DNA of 64,000 nucleotides from an uncultured Bacilli bacterium (GTDB lineage Bacteria > Bacillota_I > Bacilli_A > RF39 > UBA660). The stretch covers positions 12,648 through 76,647 of the forward strand of contig CALVOZ010000006.1 of NCBI GenBank assembly GCA_944350495.1, read 5' to 3'. The position numbers were made by a program, and so were the translations under genes. The notes beneath the pieces were generated by a model that saw only the letters and a list, made by a program, of their open reading frames with translations, was not told the DNA's origin and did not search any database. Below, piece by piece: positions 9,625-18,296 of this stretch. Each line of letters opens with the position of its first letter. Position 1 is the first letter of the stretch.

Positions 9625-9709
9625 GCGAGTGTGGCGAAATTGGCAGACGCACTAGACTTAGGATCTAGCGCCGCAAGGCATGGGGGTTCAAGTCCCTTCA
9701 CTCGCACCA
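9625..9709 (+). tRNA. tRNA-Leu (UAG anticodon)
   Basis: 85 nt. Acceptor GCGAGTG/CACTCGC, anticodon loop CTTAGGA, long variable arm, T-arm GGTTCAAGTCC, CCA encoded. Confidence 0.85.
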
Positions 9710-9717
9710 TTTGAATT

Positions 9718-9746
9718 AAAAAGCTGATATGTATCAGCTTTTTTTG
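9718..9746 (+). terminator. intrinsic terminator after the tRNA pair
   Basis: aaaaagctgatatgtatcagcttttttt: perfect hairpin plus a T-run. Confidence 0.6.
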
Positions 9747-9757
9747 TTAATTACATA

Positions 9758-9786
9758 TTGAACATATAAATATATCGTTATATAAT
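9758..9786 (+). promoter_or_regulatory. putative promoter for the 9805 gene
   Basis: TTGAAC - 17 nt - TATAAT, about 18 nt upstream of the RBS tagggtga. Confidence 0.4.
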
Positions 9787-9804
9787 TATAGTTAGGGTGA
9801 TGAT

Positions 9805-10455
9805 ATGGAAAAGAGCAAAAAAATTTATGGTATTCCCGACAAAGATTACTTCTTTGATAATTGGATATTTATTATAATAACTCTATTTATATTTCCACCT
9901 CTAGCTATTTTCTTATTAATTAGAAGAACAATCTTGCATAGAAGAAATTTGTTTAAAATTGGTAATATATTAATAATTTTAGGTTTCATATTTTTTTCTA
10001 TAAGTGGATTATTTTGTTATGCTACAACAATAGCAGAATATACAATGGAAGAAATTGATTTGTTAATTTATTTTATAATGTTTAATGCCATTATTGGTTC
10101 AATTTTATTTATTTTGGGAATGTATAATAAAATTAAAGCAAGAAGATATCGAAAATATATCGATCTTATTGTCAATAAAAAAGTTGAGGACTTAAACGGA
10201 ATTAGTGCAGCAACTCGTTTATCAAAAAATAGAGTAATAAAAGATTTAAATACATTAATTGATAGAAGATATTTAGAGCGTTACGTAATTGATGAAAAAA
10301 GAAATAAAATATATTTACCAGAGGGATATATTGAGGAATTAAATAGTATTAAGAATATTTTAACAAGAGTTGTAACATGTAAAAATTGCGGAGCCAGCAA
10401 TAAAGTGGAAGAGAAAGTTGGTAGTTGCGAATATTGCGGGTCATATATATCATAA
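9805..10455 (+). CDS. membrane protein (3-4 TM) with a cytoplasmic C-terminal region ending in a CxxC...CxxC zinc ribbon
   Basis: Hydrophobic N-terminal half; C-terminal CKNCGASNKV...CEYCGSYIS. Confidence 0.5.
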   Translation: MEKSKKIYGIPDKDYFFDNWIFIIITLFIFPPLAIFLLIRRTILHRRNLFKIGNILIILGFIFFSISGLFCYATTIAEYTMEEIDLLIYFIMFNAIIGSILFILGMYNKIKARRYRKYIDLIVNKKVEDLNGISAATRLSKNRVIKDLNTLIDRRYLERYVIDEKRNKIYLPEGYIEELNSIKNILTRVVTCKNCGASNKVEEKVGSCEYCGSYIS

Positions 10456-10484
10456 AAAAAGTATTAGAAATTTTCTAATACTTT

Positions 10485-10904
10485 TTATTTGTCTAACATA
10501 TTTAATAAATTAATTTTAAACATATCTTTATCGGAATGTTGTTTAGAAACCATTACTCCTTTGTATGTAACTAATTCACTAGCATGACCTTCACTTAATA
10601 TATCAACAGGTTCAAATTTATCCAACATTACAATTTTATCTTTTTCATACACTAAATAGTATAATTTGATGTCACCATGAACTTTTGAAAATAAAGAATC
10701 AGTTGGTAGCTTTAATTCATATGTCTGAGTGCCATTTGTCTTATTGGTAGAAATTAGTTTTCCTAAAAAATTGCCATTTTTTAAAGCTGGATAATATTCA
10801 AAATATAATTTCTTATAGGCAAGCATATTATACTTTTTTAATGATCGTTCTAATTTTTTAAACTCGTTTTCATTAACATAATCAAATAAATATGTTTCTT
10901 TCAT
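10485..10904 (-). CDS. hypothetical protein, possible RelE/ParE/YafQ-like toxin fold with a C-terminal extension
   Basis: Segment ...FKKLERSLKKY...YELKL...IKLYYLVYEKDKIVMLDKFE follows the RelE/ParE family pattern. No adjacent antitoxin ORF. Weak. Confidence 0.35.
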   Translation of the reverse strand: MKETYLFDYVNENEFKKLERSLKKYNMLAYKKLYFEYYPALKNGNFLGKLISTNKTNGTQTYELKLPTDSLFSKVHGDIKLYYLVYEKDKIVMLDKFEPVDILSEGHASELVTYKGVMVSKQHSDKDMFKINLLNMLDK

Positions 10905-10978
10905 AATACACTCCTTCCTATTATAATTATATTTTTCTATCCTATTTTATGATAGCACATTCATTTGGGACTGTCAAA

Positions 10979-11005
10979 CAAAAAAGGCCCCTAAGGCGCC
11001 TTTTT
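10979..11005 (-). terminator. GC-rich hairpin terminator downstream of the repeat-protein gene
   Basis: aaaaaaggcccctaaggcgccttttt. Confidence 0.45.
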
Positions 11006-11010
11006 GATTA

Positions 11011-12444
11011 TTACTTTACATTACCTGTTAAGTAGTATCCTTTAGAAGTTAAATTCTTATCAACTGGATTACATGTACTCCATTTGATATCTGTTGTACC
11101 GCCGATATATTTTCTTGTTCTATAACGGTAGTATGTAACATTTTCATAGATTGCTACTTTTACATAATCATATACTGGAACTTCTCTTGTAGCGTATACT
11201 GGCGTTTTCTTTGTTGAATATACAGGTACCTTTCTAGTAGAGTATACTGGAACTTTTCTAGTTGAATATACTGGAACTTGTTTTGTTTCATATACTGTCT
11301 CTACTGAATAGATTGGAACTTCAACTGTCTTAGTTTCTGTCTTATAAACTGTAACAACTTTATATACATCCCATGTATAAATAGTTACAGTAGCACAGCT
11401 TGAACAACTTTGAGATGTAGTTGAACCTGTTCTAACATAAATTGTATCACTAGTATTAGATGGAACTGTTTGACCAGAACCTGATGATTGATATACATTA
11501 GTTGTTCCAGCAGGAACTTTTTCAGTTACTGTCTTTGTAGTAGTACCAACTTGAACTTTCTTAGTACCAACTGCTACTTTTTTAGTTGTATATCCTGAAA
11601 TATACTTTTCAGTTGTATGTCCTGAAACATATTTTTCAGTTGTATATCCTGAAATATATTTACTTGTAGTATACTTGGAAATATAAGTTTCTGTCTTTGT
11701 ACCTACTTGTTTTTTAACATTCTTGTATCCTGTTACAACTTTTTCTGTTTTAGTTTCAACATCACGTTCTTTAGTTTCTGTAACTTTCTTAGTTGACCAT
11801 TCAGTCCATTTACCATAATCAGACCATTTACCTTCAGTTACTTTTTTGTATTCACATAATTTATCATTTGGAGTTGGTTTTTCTGGCTCTTTATCTGTAT
11901 CAGGATTTGGCTTACTTGGTTTTGTTGTAGTAACTTTCTTTTCGCAAACTCCAGTTGCTTCACAGTAATCGTAGCATCCTAAATATACAATAATATAATC
12001 AGTTTCGCTACCACAACTTAAATTAACTTTCATCTGATACTCATCTTCATATTTTGTAATTTCAACGTATGATTGAGTTGGACTACATGCATTACCTTCT
12101 TTATCTTTTAAAGTTAACACCAAATGTCTATCATACATTTGCTGCAAAGTCATTTTGCTTTTATCGCCCACTTTTTGAGGCAATCTTTCGTTTGTATAAT
12201 AACCGATTGCAGCATCCTTCATAGTGGCAACGTTATTAGCAAATATTTGGTCATATAAAACTGCTAATTTATCTAGGTCATATCCTGACTCTAAATTTGT
12301 CTCAACCTTATTATCATCTACATATTTTTTCACATAACTTTTTGTAGGGAATAAAAATATTAAAATTAATACAAACAATACTACAAATAGTACTTGTAAT
12401 AAAAAATCCCTAATTGAAAAACTTTCTCTTCTTTCTTCATACAT
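11011..12444 (-). CDS. membrane-anchored surface protein with two families of 10-aa tandem repeats
   Basis: Single N-terminal TM, then K/T/E-rich repeats (EKYISGYTT x5 and VPVYSTRK x5-6) encoded by 30-nt DNA repeats at ~11160-11300 and ~11580-11700. Confidence 0.55.
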   Translation of the reverse strand: MYEERRESFSIRDFLLQVLFVVLFVLILIFLFPTKSYVKKYVDDNKVETNLESGYDLDKLAVLYDQIFANNVATMKDAAIGYYTNERLPQKVGDKSKMTLQQMYDRHLVLTLKDKEGNACSPTQSYVEITKYEDEYQMKVNLSCGSETDYIIVYLGCYDYCEATGVCEKKVTTTKPSKPNPDTDKEPEKPTPNDKLCEYKKVTEGKWSDYGKWTEWSTKKVTETKERDVETKTEKVVTGYKNVKKQVGTKTETYISKYTTSKYISGYTTEKYVSGHTTEKYISGYTTKKVAVGTKKVQVGTTTKTVTEKVPAGTTNVYQSSGSGQTVPSNTSDTIYVRTGSTTSQSCSSCATVTIYTWDVYKVVTVYKTETKTVEVPIYSVETVYETKQVPVYSTRKVPVYSTRKVPVYSTKKTPVYATREVPVYDYVKVAIYENVTYYRYRTRKYIGGTTDIKWSTCNPVDKNLTSKGYYLTGNVK

Positions 12445-12523
12445 AAAAGACTCCCCCTTTTCAATGAGATGCCGTATATGCTACCATAAAACAGCTTCAT
12501 TGTCAAGTTTTAAACTTTCTAAA

Positions 12524-12793
12524 TCACTTTTTAATTAAACGTGCAATAGTGCATCCACTATTACCTCTAAATATTTGATGTTCAATGACTTTTTTACTGT
12601 TTTTAAGAACCATATCTGTCTCTTTTCTTAAAATGCCACTACCTACGCCATGAACAATTGTAATATATTCTTTTCCCACCGCAATATTATCATTAATAAA
12701 CTCTAATATTTTAACACGAGCTGTATCTCGATCATAACCGTGTAAATCAAGAGTTGGAAAATTATTTATAAAAATAACATCACTTAATTTCAT
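12524..12793 (-). CDS. Smr domain protein (MutS2 C-terminal-like endonuclease domain)
   Basis: LDLHG motif and TIVHGVGSG pattern typical of Smr. Confidence 0.65.
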   Translation of the reverse strand: MKLSDVIFINNFPTLDLHGYDRDTARVKILEFINDNIAVGKEYITIVHGVGSGILRKETDMVLKNSKKVIEHQIFRGNSGCTIARLIKK

Positions 12794-13676
12794 TGTAAAC
12801 TTCTAACATTTCATCTAATTCAAAAATTGAATAACGTCCCCCAATACGAGTAACAGACATAGCTCCTGCTATATTTGCAAATCTGAGTGCATCAGGCATA
12901 GCCCAACCTTGAGAAATTGCATATCCTAGGGCGCCATGGAATATATCCCCAGCACCTGTTGAATCTATAGCTTTAACCTTAATGGAAGGAATAATTTCAA
13001 TAACTCCTTCAGCATTACGATAAGCACAACCAGCCGCCTCTAGAGTAATGATAATATTAGTCTTAAATTCATCTTCAAGTTTTTTAAATGCAAAATTTAA
13101 ACTATCAGTTTCATAAATAGTTACTCCACTAACTGATTCTGCAAAGTCTTTCGAACAAGCAACATAAGTAACTAACTTACATAATTCTCTAATCTCTTTA
13201 CGATCGCGCCCTGCATCAATAATACTAATAGCATTAGGATTATTTTTTAAAACTTGTTCTGAAATTTCTGGTTCTTGTCCATCAATAATAATCATATCTG
13301 GCTTGATATCAATGTCAATTGGAGCCATCTTCATTGAACTTGGACGATATGTAAGAATAGTTCTACTACCATTTTCTCTATTTGCGATTATATAGCTTGA
13401 TGTAGTTGTATGTTCAGGGCTAATCTGTAAATAATCAGTATTTACATTGACTTCATCATATTCTTTTTTTATATTGTGACCGTATAAATCGTCACCAACA
13501 ATACCAGCAAAATAAGTTTCTACTCCCCATTTTCCTAATAAATACGCAGCTGTCCCAGCAGGTCCTCCACCGCATTCAATTCTTTCTTGAACTCTATTTT
13601 TTGTATTTTCTTTAGGAAAATTTTCAACTGGAGTAGTAATATCATACGCTGCATGTCCTATACAAATTACCTTCAT
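12780..13676 (-). CDS. PfkB-family carbohydrate/nucleoside kinase (ribokinase-like)
   Basis: CIGHAAYD...GGGPAGTAA and C-terminal DSTGAGDIFHGALGY motifs. Start set at MKVICIG rather than the hydrophobic upstream extension. Confidence 0.7.
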   Translation of the reverse strand: MKVICIGHAAYDITTPVENFPKENTKNRVQERIECGGGPAGTAAYLLGKWGVETYFAGIVGDDLYGHNIKKEYDEVNVNTDYLQISPEHTTTSSYIIANRENGSRTILTYRPSSMKMAPIDIDIKPDMIIIDGQEPEISEQVLKNNPNAISIIDAGRDRKEIRELCKLVTYVACSKDFAESVSGVTIYETDSLNFAFKKLEDEFKTNIIITLEAAGCAYRNAEGVIEIIPSIKVKAIDSTGAGDIFHGALGYAISQGWAMPDALRFANIAGAMSVTRIGGRYSIFELDEMLEVYNEIK

Positions 13677-13756
13677 ATTATTTATCACCAATATTATTAT
13701 AATATAAATAAAAAAAGAAAACAATAAAATCAATCTTAATTATAAAAAAAGAATGC

Positions 13757-13784
13757 ATTTTAGCATTCTATAATTAATTTTAAT
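13757..13784 (-). terminator. intrinsic terminator
   Basis: aaaaaaagaatgcattttagcattct: AGAATGC/GCATTCT stem plus a T-run on the minus strand. Confidence 0.5.
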
Positions 13785-13900
13785 CTTTAATACAATTTAT
13801 TGCAAAAAAGTTAATGGAAATCCATAAGGTAAACATTGAGTTAAATTGTTTATAGCATATTTCTTCTCCATTCATTTCTAAATTTCTTTTTAAGCACTAA

Positions 13901-14788
13901 TTATAATTCTATTAATTCGTATTCTCTAGTTCCTAAACCGAGTTCTTCAGCATAAGGTAAGATATGTCTCCCCTCTTGTCTGTCAACACGTTCTTGTAGT
14001 TTTTTAGCGCCTGGATCAATTGAATTCCATACCATATCAATAAACGCTTGATCATTAGCAACTGGGTCTAAAGATGCTAAAATACCAATGTCTTGCATTA
14101 CAGGGTCTGTTTGATTACAATCACAATCACAGTCAACAGATAAAAAGTTCATAACAGTAATATATGCAATCTTTTTATTATTATCTTTGAAATAATCAGC
14201 AACTGATTTTGCTGCCTCAGCCATTGATTCAATAAAGTCTTTTTGTTCATATTCTATTGTCCATGACTTATCTGGATCTTCTGTTTGGCCGCAACTATGA
14301 ATATAAGCTTTTCCATTACGTGAGGCTACACCAATTGATTGATTTTTTAGATTGGCTCCAAAACCTCCCATTGCATGACCTTTACCATGCGCTAGATTTA
14401 ACATTGAATCATAATTATCCAAATGTGTTCCCACAATATTATATTTTAAATGTTTACCATTTTTAACTGGTATTTTCTTTTCACCATTAGCATCCATAAT
14501 ATCAACATCAGCAAAAGAGGTAAATCCGTGCTCTTTAGCTACTTTAATATGCTCTTCAGCTGTTGTTCTTAATCCAGGATAAGCTGTATTACATTCAATT
14601 ATTGTACCATTTAATTTCTTTACCAGGGGTCCAATTAAATCTGCTTTTAAATATCCTCTTGAACCAGCTTCACCAGTTGAAACTTTAACACCAACTTTCC
14701 CATCTAAATTAATTCCTAATGCTTCATAAATTTTAATTAAATTTTCTGAAGTAATCTCCTTAATAAAATAAACTTTTGTTTTTGCCAT
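13901..14788 (-). CDS. DUF362-like protein (Cys-rich CDCDC motif)
   Basis: Start at MAKTKV, which has a strong RBS AAAGGAGGA. CDCDCNQTD cysteine cluster. Family assignment is tentative. Confidence 0.4.
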   Translation of the reverse strand: MAKTKVYFIKEITSENLIKIYEALGINLDGKVGVKVSTGEAGSRGYLKADLIGPLVKKLNGTIIECNTAYPGLRTTAEEHIKVAKEHGFTSFADVDIMDANGEKKIPVKNGKHLKYNIVGTHLDNYDSMLNLAHGKGHAMGGFGANLKNQSIGVASRNGKAYIHSCGQTEDPDKSWTIEYEQKDFIESMAEAAKSVADYFKDNNKKIAYITVMNFLSVDCDCDCNQTDPVMQDIGILASLDPVANDQAFIDMVWNSIDPGAKKLQERVDRQEGRHILPYAEELGLGTREYELIEL

Positions 14789-14805
14789 TTTAATATCCTC
14801 CTTTA

Positions 14806-15218
14806 TCATAATTTATTATACTCTTCATCAGCAACTTGTTCAAACCATACATTTTCAGCATCCTCCCCAGGTACTTCAACAACTAAATGACTAAACCATT
14901 TATCTTTTTTAGCACCATGCCAATGCTTAACATTAGCAGGGATTGTAATAACCATGCCCGGTTTTAAGCTAATTGCTTCTTTTCCATCTTCTTGATACCA
15001 ACCTTCACCATCAACACAGATTAATATTTGTCCACCACCTTTAGTAGATTTATGAATATGCCAATTATTACGACATCCAGGTTCAAATGTGACATTTGCA
15101 ATAAATACGCCACAATTAGGTTCTGTTAAAGGATTCAAATAACTTGTGCCAAAAAAGTATTTAGCATAAGCTGTATTTTCTTCTCCTTGACCAAAAACGT
15201 TTTAAATTCTTCTTGCAT
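14806..15218 (-). CDS. cupin-domain protein, N-terminus disrupted by an apparent 1-nt deletion in an A5/T5 homopolymer
   Basis: ATG at 15218 has a strong RBS (AGGAAGAAGG) and gives MQEEFKTF.., then shifts frame at the T5 tract (plus-strand A5 at 15193-15197). The downstream frame reads GQGEENTAYAKYFFGTSYLNPLTEP...HIHK...cupin core. Confidence 0.5.
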
Positions 15219-15233
15219 TTTTTACCTTCTTCC

Positions 15234-15647
15234 TCATAGTAATATAACATTAGTATCAATAATAATACTTTTTTCTTGCTCATCAAAATACTCTTTATAA
15301 TTAATACTAAATTCAATTTTGAAAGCATATTCATCTATCCTTGTAATATAACAAGAATATTTACCACCATTAATAATCAAATCCCAACCTGAAGTATTTT
15401 CTTCAATTGTTATATCTGAGACATATTTTGTAATATCTGTTCTTTTACCAATTTCTAGTTTGCTTAATCTTTTGTTTGAATAAATTGTTTCTAACCCTAA
15501 ATAGCCAAATTCATCAATATAAAATGATATAAATGGTGCAGTACCTCTTATTTTTCGTCCTTGAAAATGACTTTCGAATTGACCCCACGAAACATTTATG
15601 TCATATTTTTTATAATTTTTTTGCCACACTGTTATCATAAAATTCAT
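15234..15647 (-). CDS. hypothetical protein
   Basis: 137-aa ORF with no recognisable motif. Its stop overlaps the RBS of the cupin gene. Confidence 0.45.
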   Translation of the reverse strand: MNFMITVWQKNYKKYDINVSWGQFESHFQGRKIRGTAPFISFYIDEFGYLGLETIYSNKRLSKLEIGKRTDITKYVSDITIEENTSGWDLIINGGKYSCYITRIDEYAFKIEFSINYKEYFDEQEKSIIIDTNVILL

Positions 15648-16117
15648 CTCAATGTTTTAAATTATTCAAAAACAATAATTTTTCTAGTTGTGAAATATTA
15701 ATAAAAATTTTACCATTTCATTTTTTAATTTATTTTTGAAAAAGCTAAAGATTTTTGAAACTTTTTATTAAATATTTAGCACCAAATAAAACCTTATTTT
15801 TTTCTTTTTGTATTCTTTTTTTAATACATTGAAAGTCAAACGGCAAAGATATTTAATATATCAATTAATTTATCATTATATAAAAAAGATTTTGTCACAG
15901 TTCTTGATGAAATTTTTTATATAATTTTAAAGTTATTTGTAATATTTTATTATAAATATAGTAATAGAGAAAACAGATAATATTTAAAAAACTATTTAAT
16001 TGGATATTTTAACGTTTTATATTATTAGTTTTATCTTTACTTCCACATATATATTTTACATAATTTCTAAATGAAAGTCTATTATATTTTAACTCAACAT
16101 ATAGTAACTTATTACAA

Positions 16118-16144
16118 TAAAAAAGAACATTTCTGTCCTTTTTC
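16118..16144 (-). terminator. intrinsic terminator after the ABC exporter gene
   Basis: gaaaaaggacagaaatgttctttttt (minus strand): 6-bp stem with one G-U pair, then a T-run. Confidence 0.4.
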
Positions 16145-16173
16145 TACAACATCATATAAATATATTCTAATAT

Positions 16174-17916
16174 TTACATACTACTTTGGCTATTAGATTC
16201 AGCAGTATATAAATTTTGATATGGTAAACAATTGTTTAATAATTCTTTATGCTTTCCACTACCTGCTAGTTTTCCTTTATCAATTACATGAATTGTGTCT
16301 GCATCAACAATAGTTGAAAGTCTATGAGCAACAATAATTACAGTATGATCTTTTACTAAATTATCAATTGTTTTTTTTATATACTCTTGAGATTCATTAT
16401 CAAGCGCTGATGTTGCTTCATCAAACAAAATTATTTTTGTATTTAAAAGAAGTGTACGTGCTATAGCAATACGCTGTTTTTGACCACCAGATAAATTAAT
16501 TCCACCTTCGCCAATTATAGTATTATATTTATCAGGAAGACTCATTATATAGTCATCGATATAAGCTCTTTTACAATATTTCCTTACTTCTTCTAGAGTT
16601 ATATCTTCTTTTACTAATTTAAAATTTTCAAATATAGTTAGATTAAATAAGAATGGACTTTGTCTAATAATAGATATATTATTTCTTAATGATTCTTCAG
16701 TTAGAGCTTTAATATCTATATCATCAATTGTAATTTTTCCTTTAGTTGAATCAAAATATCTTAATAGCAAATTAAATATTGTACTTTTCCCATTACCACT
16801 ACGTCCTACAATAGCTATTTTTTTATTTGGCTCAATTGTTAAGCTTAAGCCTTTTAATGTATATTGATCTTTTTCAGTATATCTAAATTTAACATTTTCA
16901 AATTTAATTATTCCCTTAGTATTGATTAATTCTTTATCACCATATTTTTCATCTTGATATAATTCATTATTTAATATTTCGCCAATTCTTTTTAAAGATA
17001 CAGTTACTTTATTAAAACTTACGCCAAAGTCACTGATACTTTCGACAACCTCATCAATTCTCCAAATATATGATTCCATCATTAAAAAGATACTTAAACT
17101 AATTGTGCCATCTAAATAAAATTTTCCAGTTGTAAATAGTATTAAAAATTGAATAATAAAATAAGCTAAATTATTAAATGCATAATACCATCTTTCATAT
17201 TTTCTAACTTTAGCAGTGTGCCCAAATAATTTATCTATTACTTTAGATATGTTACTTTCTATTATCCTAGAAATTCCTAATGATTTTATTTCTCTTATAC
17301 CCGTCATATTTTCAGTAGAAACTTTTACATAAGCATCACTTTCTTTTTTGATTTGCTCTTGACTCTTTTTAATTCTTGGAAAAAATTTTGTTGAAATAAA
17401 TCCCATAATTACTGCTAACAACATTATTTCTGCAAATAAGATCCAAGATATTTTTATAGATATTACAATTACTACAATTACCACTATTGCCTTACAAATT
17501 AATTTAACCATCTTAGATAATAGTTCCATTATTCTATCTGGGTCAGTATATAATCTATTTATAAATTCGCCAACGCCTATATCTTCAAAAGCAATTGCTG
17601 GCAATTTATCTATTTTTTTGTATAAATCTTTACTAATATTTCTAGTAAATTTTATTTCAAAGTATGTATATAAATAATCTCTTGGTATTTGCAAAAAAGT
17701 ATAAAGCAATATGTATATACCTTCATAAATTGTTAAATATAAAACAAATTGATTAAAATTCTTAGAAGTTAATGCTTCTACTGCTACACCCCAAAAATAT
17801 ATGGCTATAATAGCTGGTAAATATGTCATCGCTACTAAGAATACATATAAAAATAATTTAAATTTATCATCTTTAATATACTGCCAAAATATTTTAAAAT
17901 GTTTTAATTTCTTCAT
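16174..17916 (-). CDS. ABC exporter, fused TMD-NBD half-transporter (MsbA/multidrug-exporter type)
   Basis: Six TM helices, then Walker A GRSGNGKST, signature LSGGQKQRIAIAR and Walker B ILFDEATSALD. No N-terminal C39 peptidase domain. Confidence 0.85.
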   Translation of the reverse strand: MKKLKHFKIFWQYIKDDKFKLFLYVFLVAMTYLPAIIAIYFWGVAVEALTSKNFNQFVLYLTIYEGIYILLYTFLQIPRDYLYTYFEIKFTRNISKDLYKKIDKLPAIAFEDIGVGEFINRLYTDPDRIMELLSKMVKLICKAIVVIVVIVISIKISWILFAEIMLLAVIMGFISTKFFPRIKKSQEQIKKESDAYVKVSTENMTGIREIKSLGISRIIESNISKVIDKLFGHTAKVRKYERWYYAFNNLAYFIIQFLILFTTGKFYLDGTISLSIFLMMESYIWRIDEVVESISDFGVSFNKVTVSLKRIGEILNNELYQDEKYGDKELINTKGIIKFENVKFRYTEKDQYTLKGLSLTIEPNKKIAIVGRSGNGKSTIFNLLLRYFDSTKGKITIDDIDIKALTEESLRNNISIIRQSPFLFNLTIFENFKLVKEDITLEEVRKYCKRAYIDDYIMSLPDKYNTIIGEGGINLSGGQKQRIAIARTLLLNTKIILFDEATSALDNESQEYIKKTIDNLVKDHTVIIVAHRLSTIVDADTIHVIDKGKLAGSGKHKELLNNCLPYQNLYTAESNSQSSM

Positions 17917-17940
17917 ATTTCTCTCCTTCCTTTTGCCAAC

Positions 17941-17968
17941 AAAAAAACTACTTTACAGTAGTTTTTAC
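17941..17968 (-). terminator. AU-rich hairpin plus U-run overlapping the stop codon of the small upstream ORF; candidate attenuator
   Basis: Minus strand: aaaaacuacu-guaa-aguaguuuuuuug. The UAG stop of the 38-codon ORF lies in the 3' arm of the stem. Confidence 0.45.
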
Positions 17969-18064
17969 CCTTAATCCCAAATTAAAGTCGTGGAAAACAT
18001 CGAGAGTTTCCACTTCTACTGCTAAATACTTTTCTTGAATGTTTGTTTTAAATAAACTTTTCAT
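17948..18064 (-). CDS. unannotated 38-codon ORF (MKSLFKTNIQEKYLAVEVETLDVFHDFNLGLRVKTTVK); candidate leader or exported peptide
   Basis: Strong RBS AAAGGAGTGG 6 nt before the ATG. Consensus promoter 30 nt upstream. Sits immediately 5' of the ABC exporter gene. Confidence 0.45.
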   Translation of the reverse strand: MKSLFKTNIQEKYLAVEVETLDVFHDFNLGLRVKTTVK

Positions 18065-18097
18065 ATTTTCCACTCCTTTCTTTGTTTGAATGGCTTC

Positions 18098-18126
18098 ATA
18101 ATAACACTTTTACATTCTTTTGTCAA
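18098..18126 (-). promoter_or_regulatory. near-consensus sigma-A promoter driving the small ORF and ABC exporter
   Basis: Minus strand TTGACA - 17 nt - TGtTATTAT (extended -10). Confidence 0.5.
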
Positions 18127-18296
18127 CCAAATAAAATCATTTTAAATTAGCTTTGAAGAAAATGACACTATAACAAAAAATAACGGAGTGAAATTAGTTT
18201 AACTAAATTTTTTGTAATAACTTGCTGAGATAAATTTATTATTAGTATACTTCAAGAAATATACAAAAATATAGACAAAAATGGCATTTATATATT

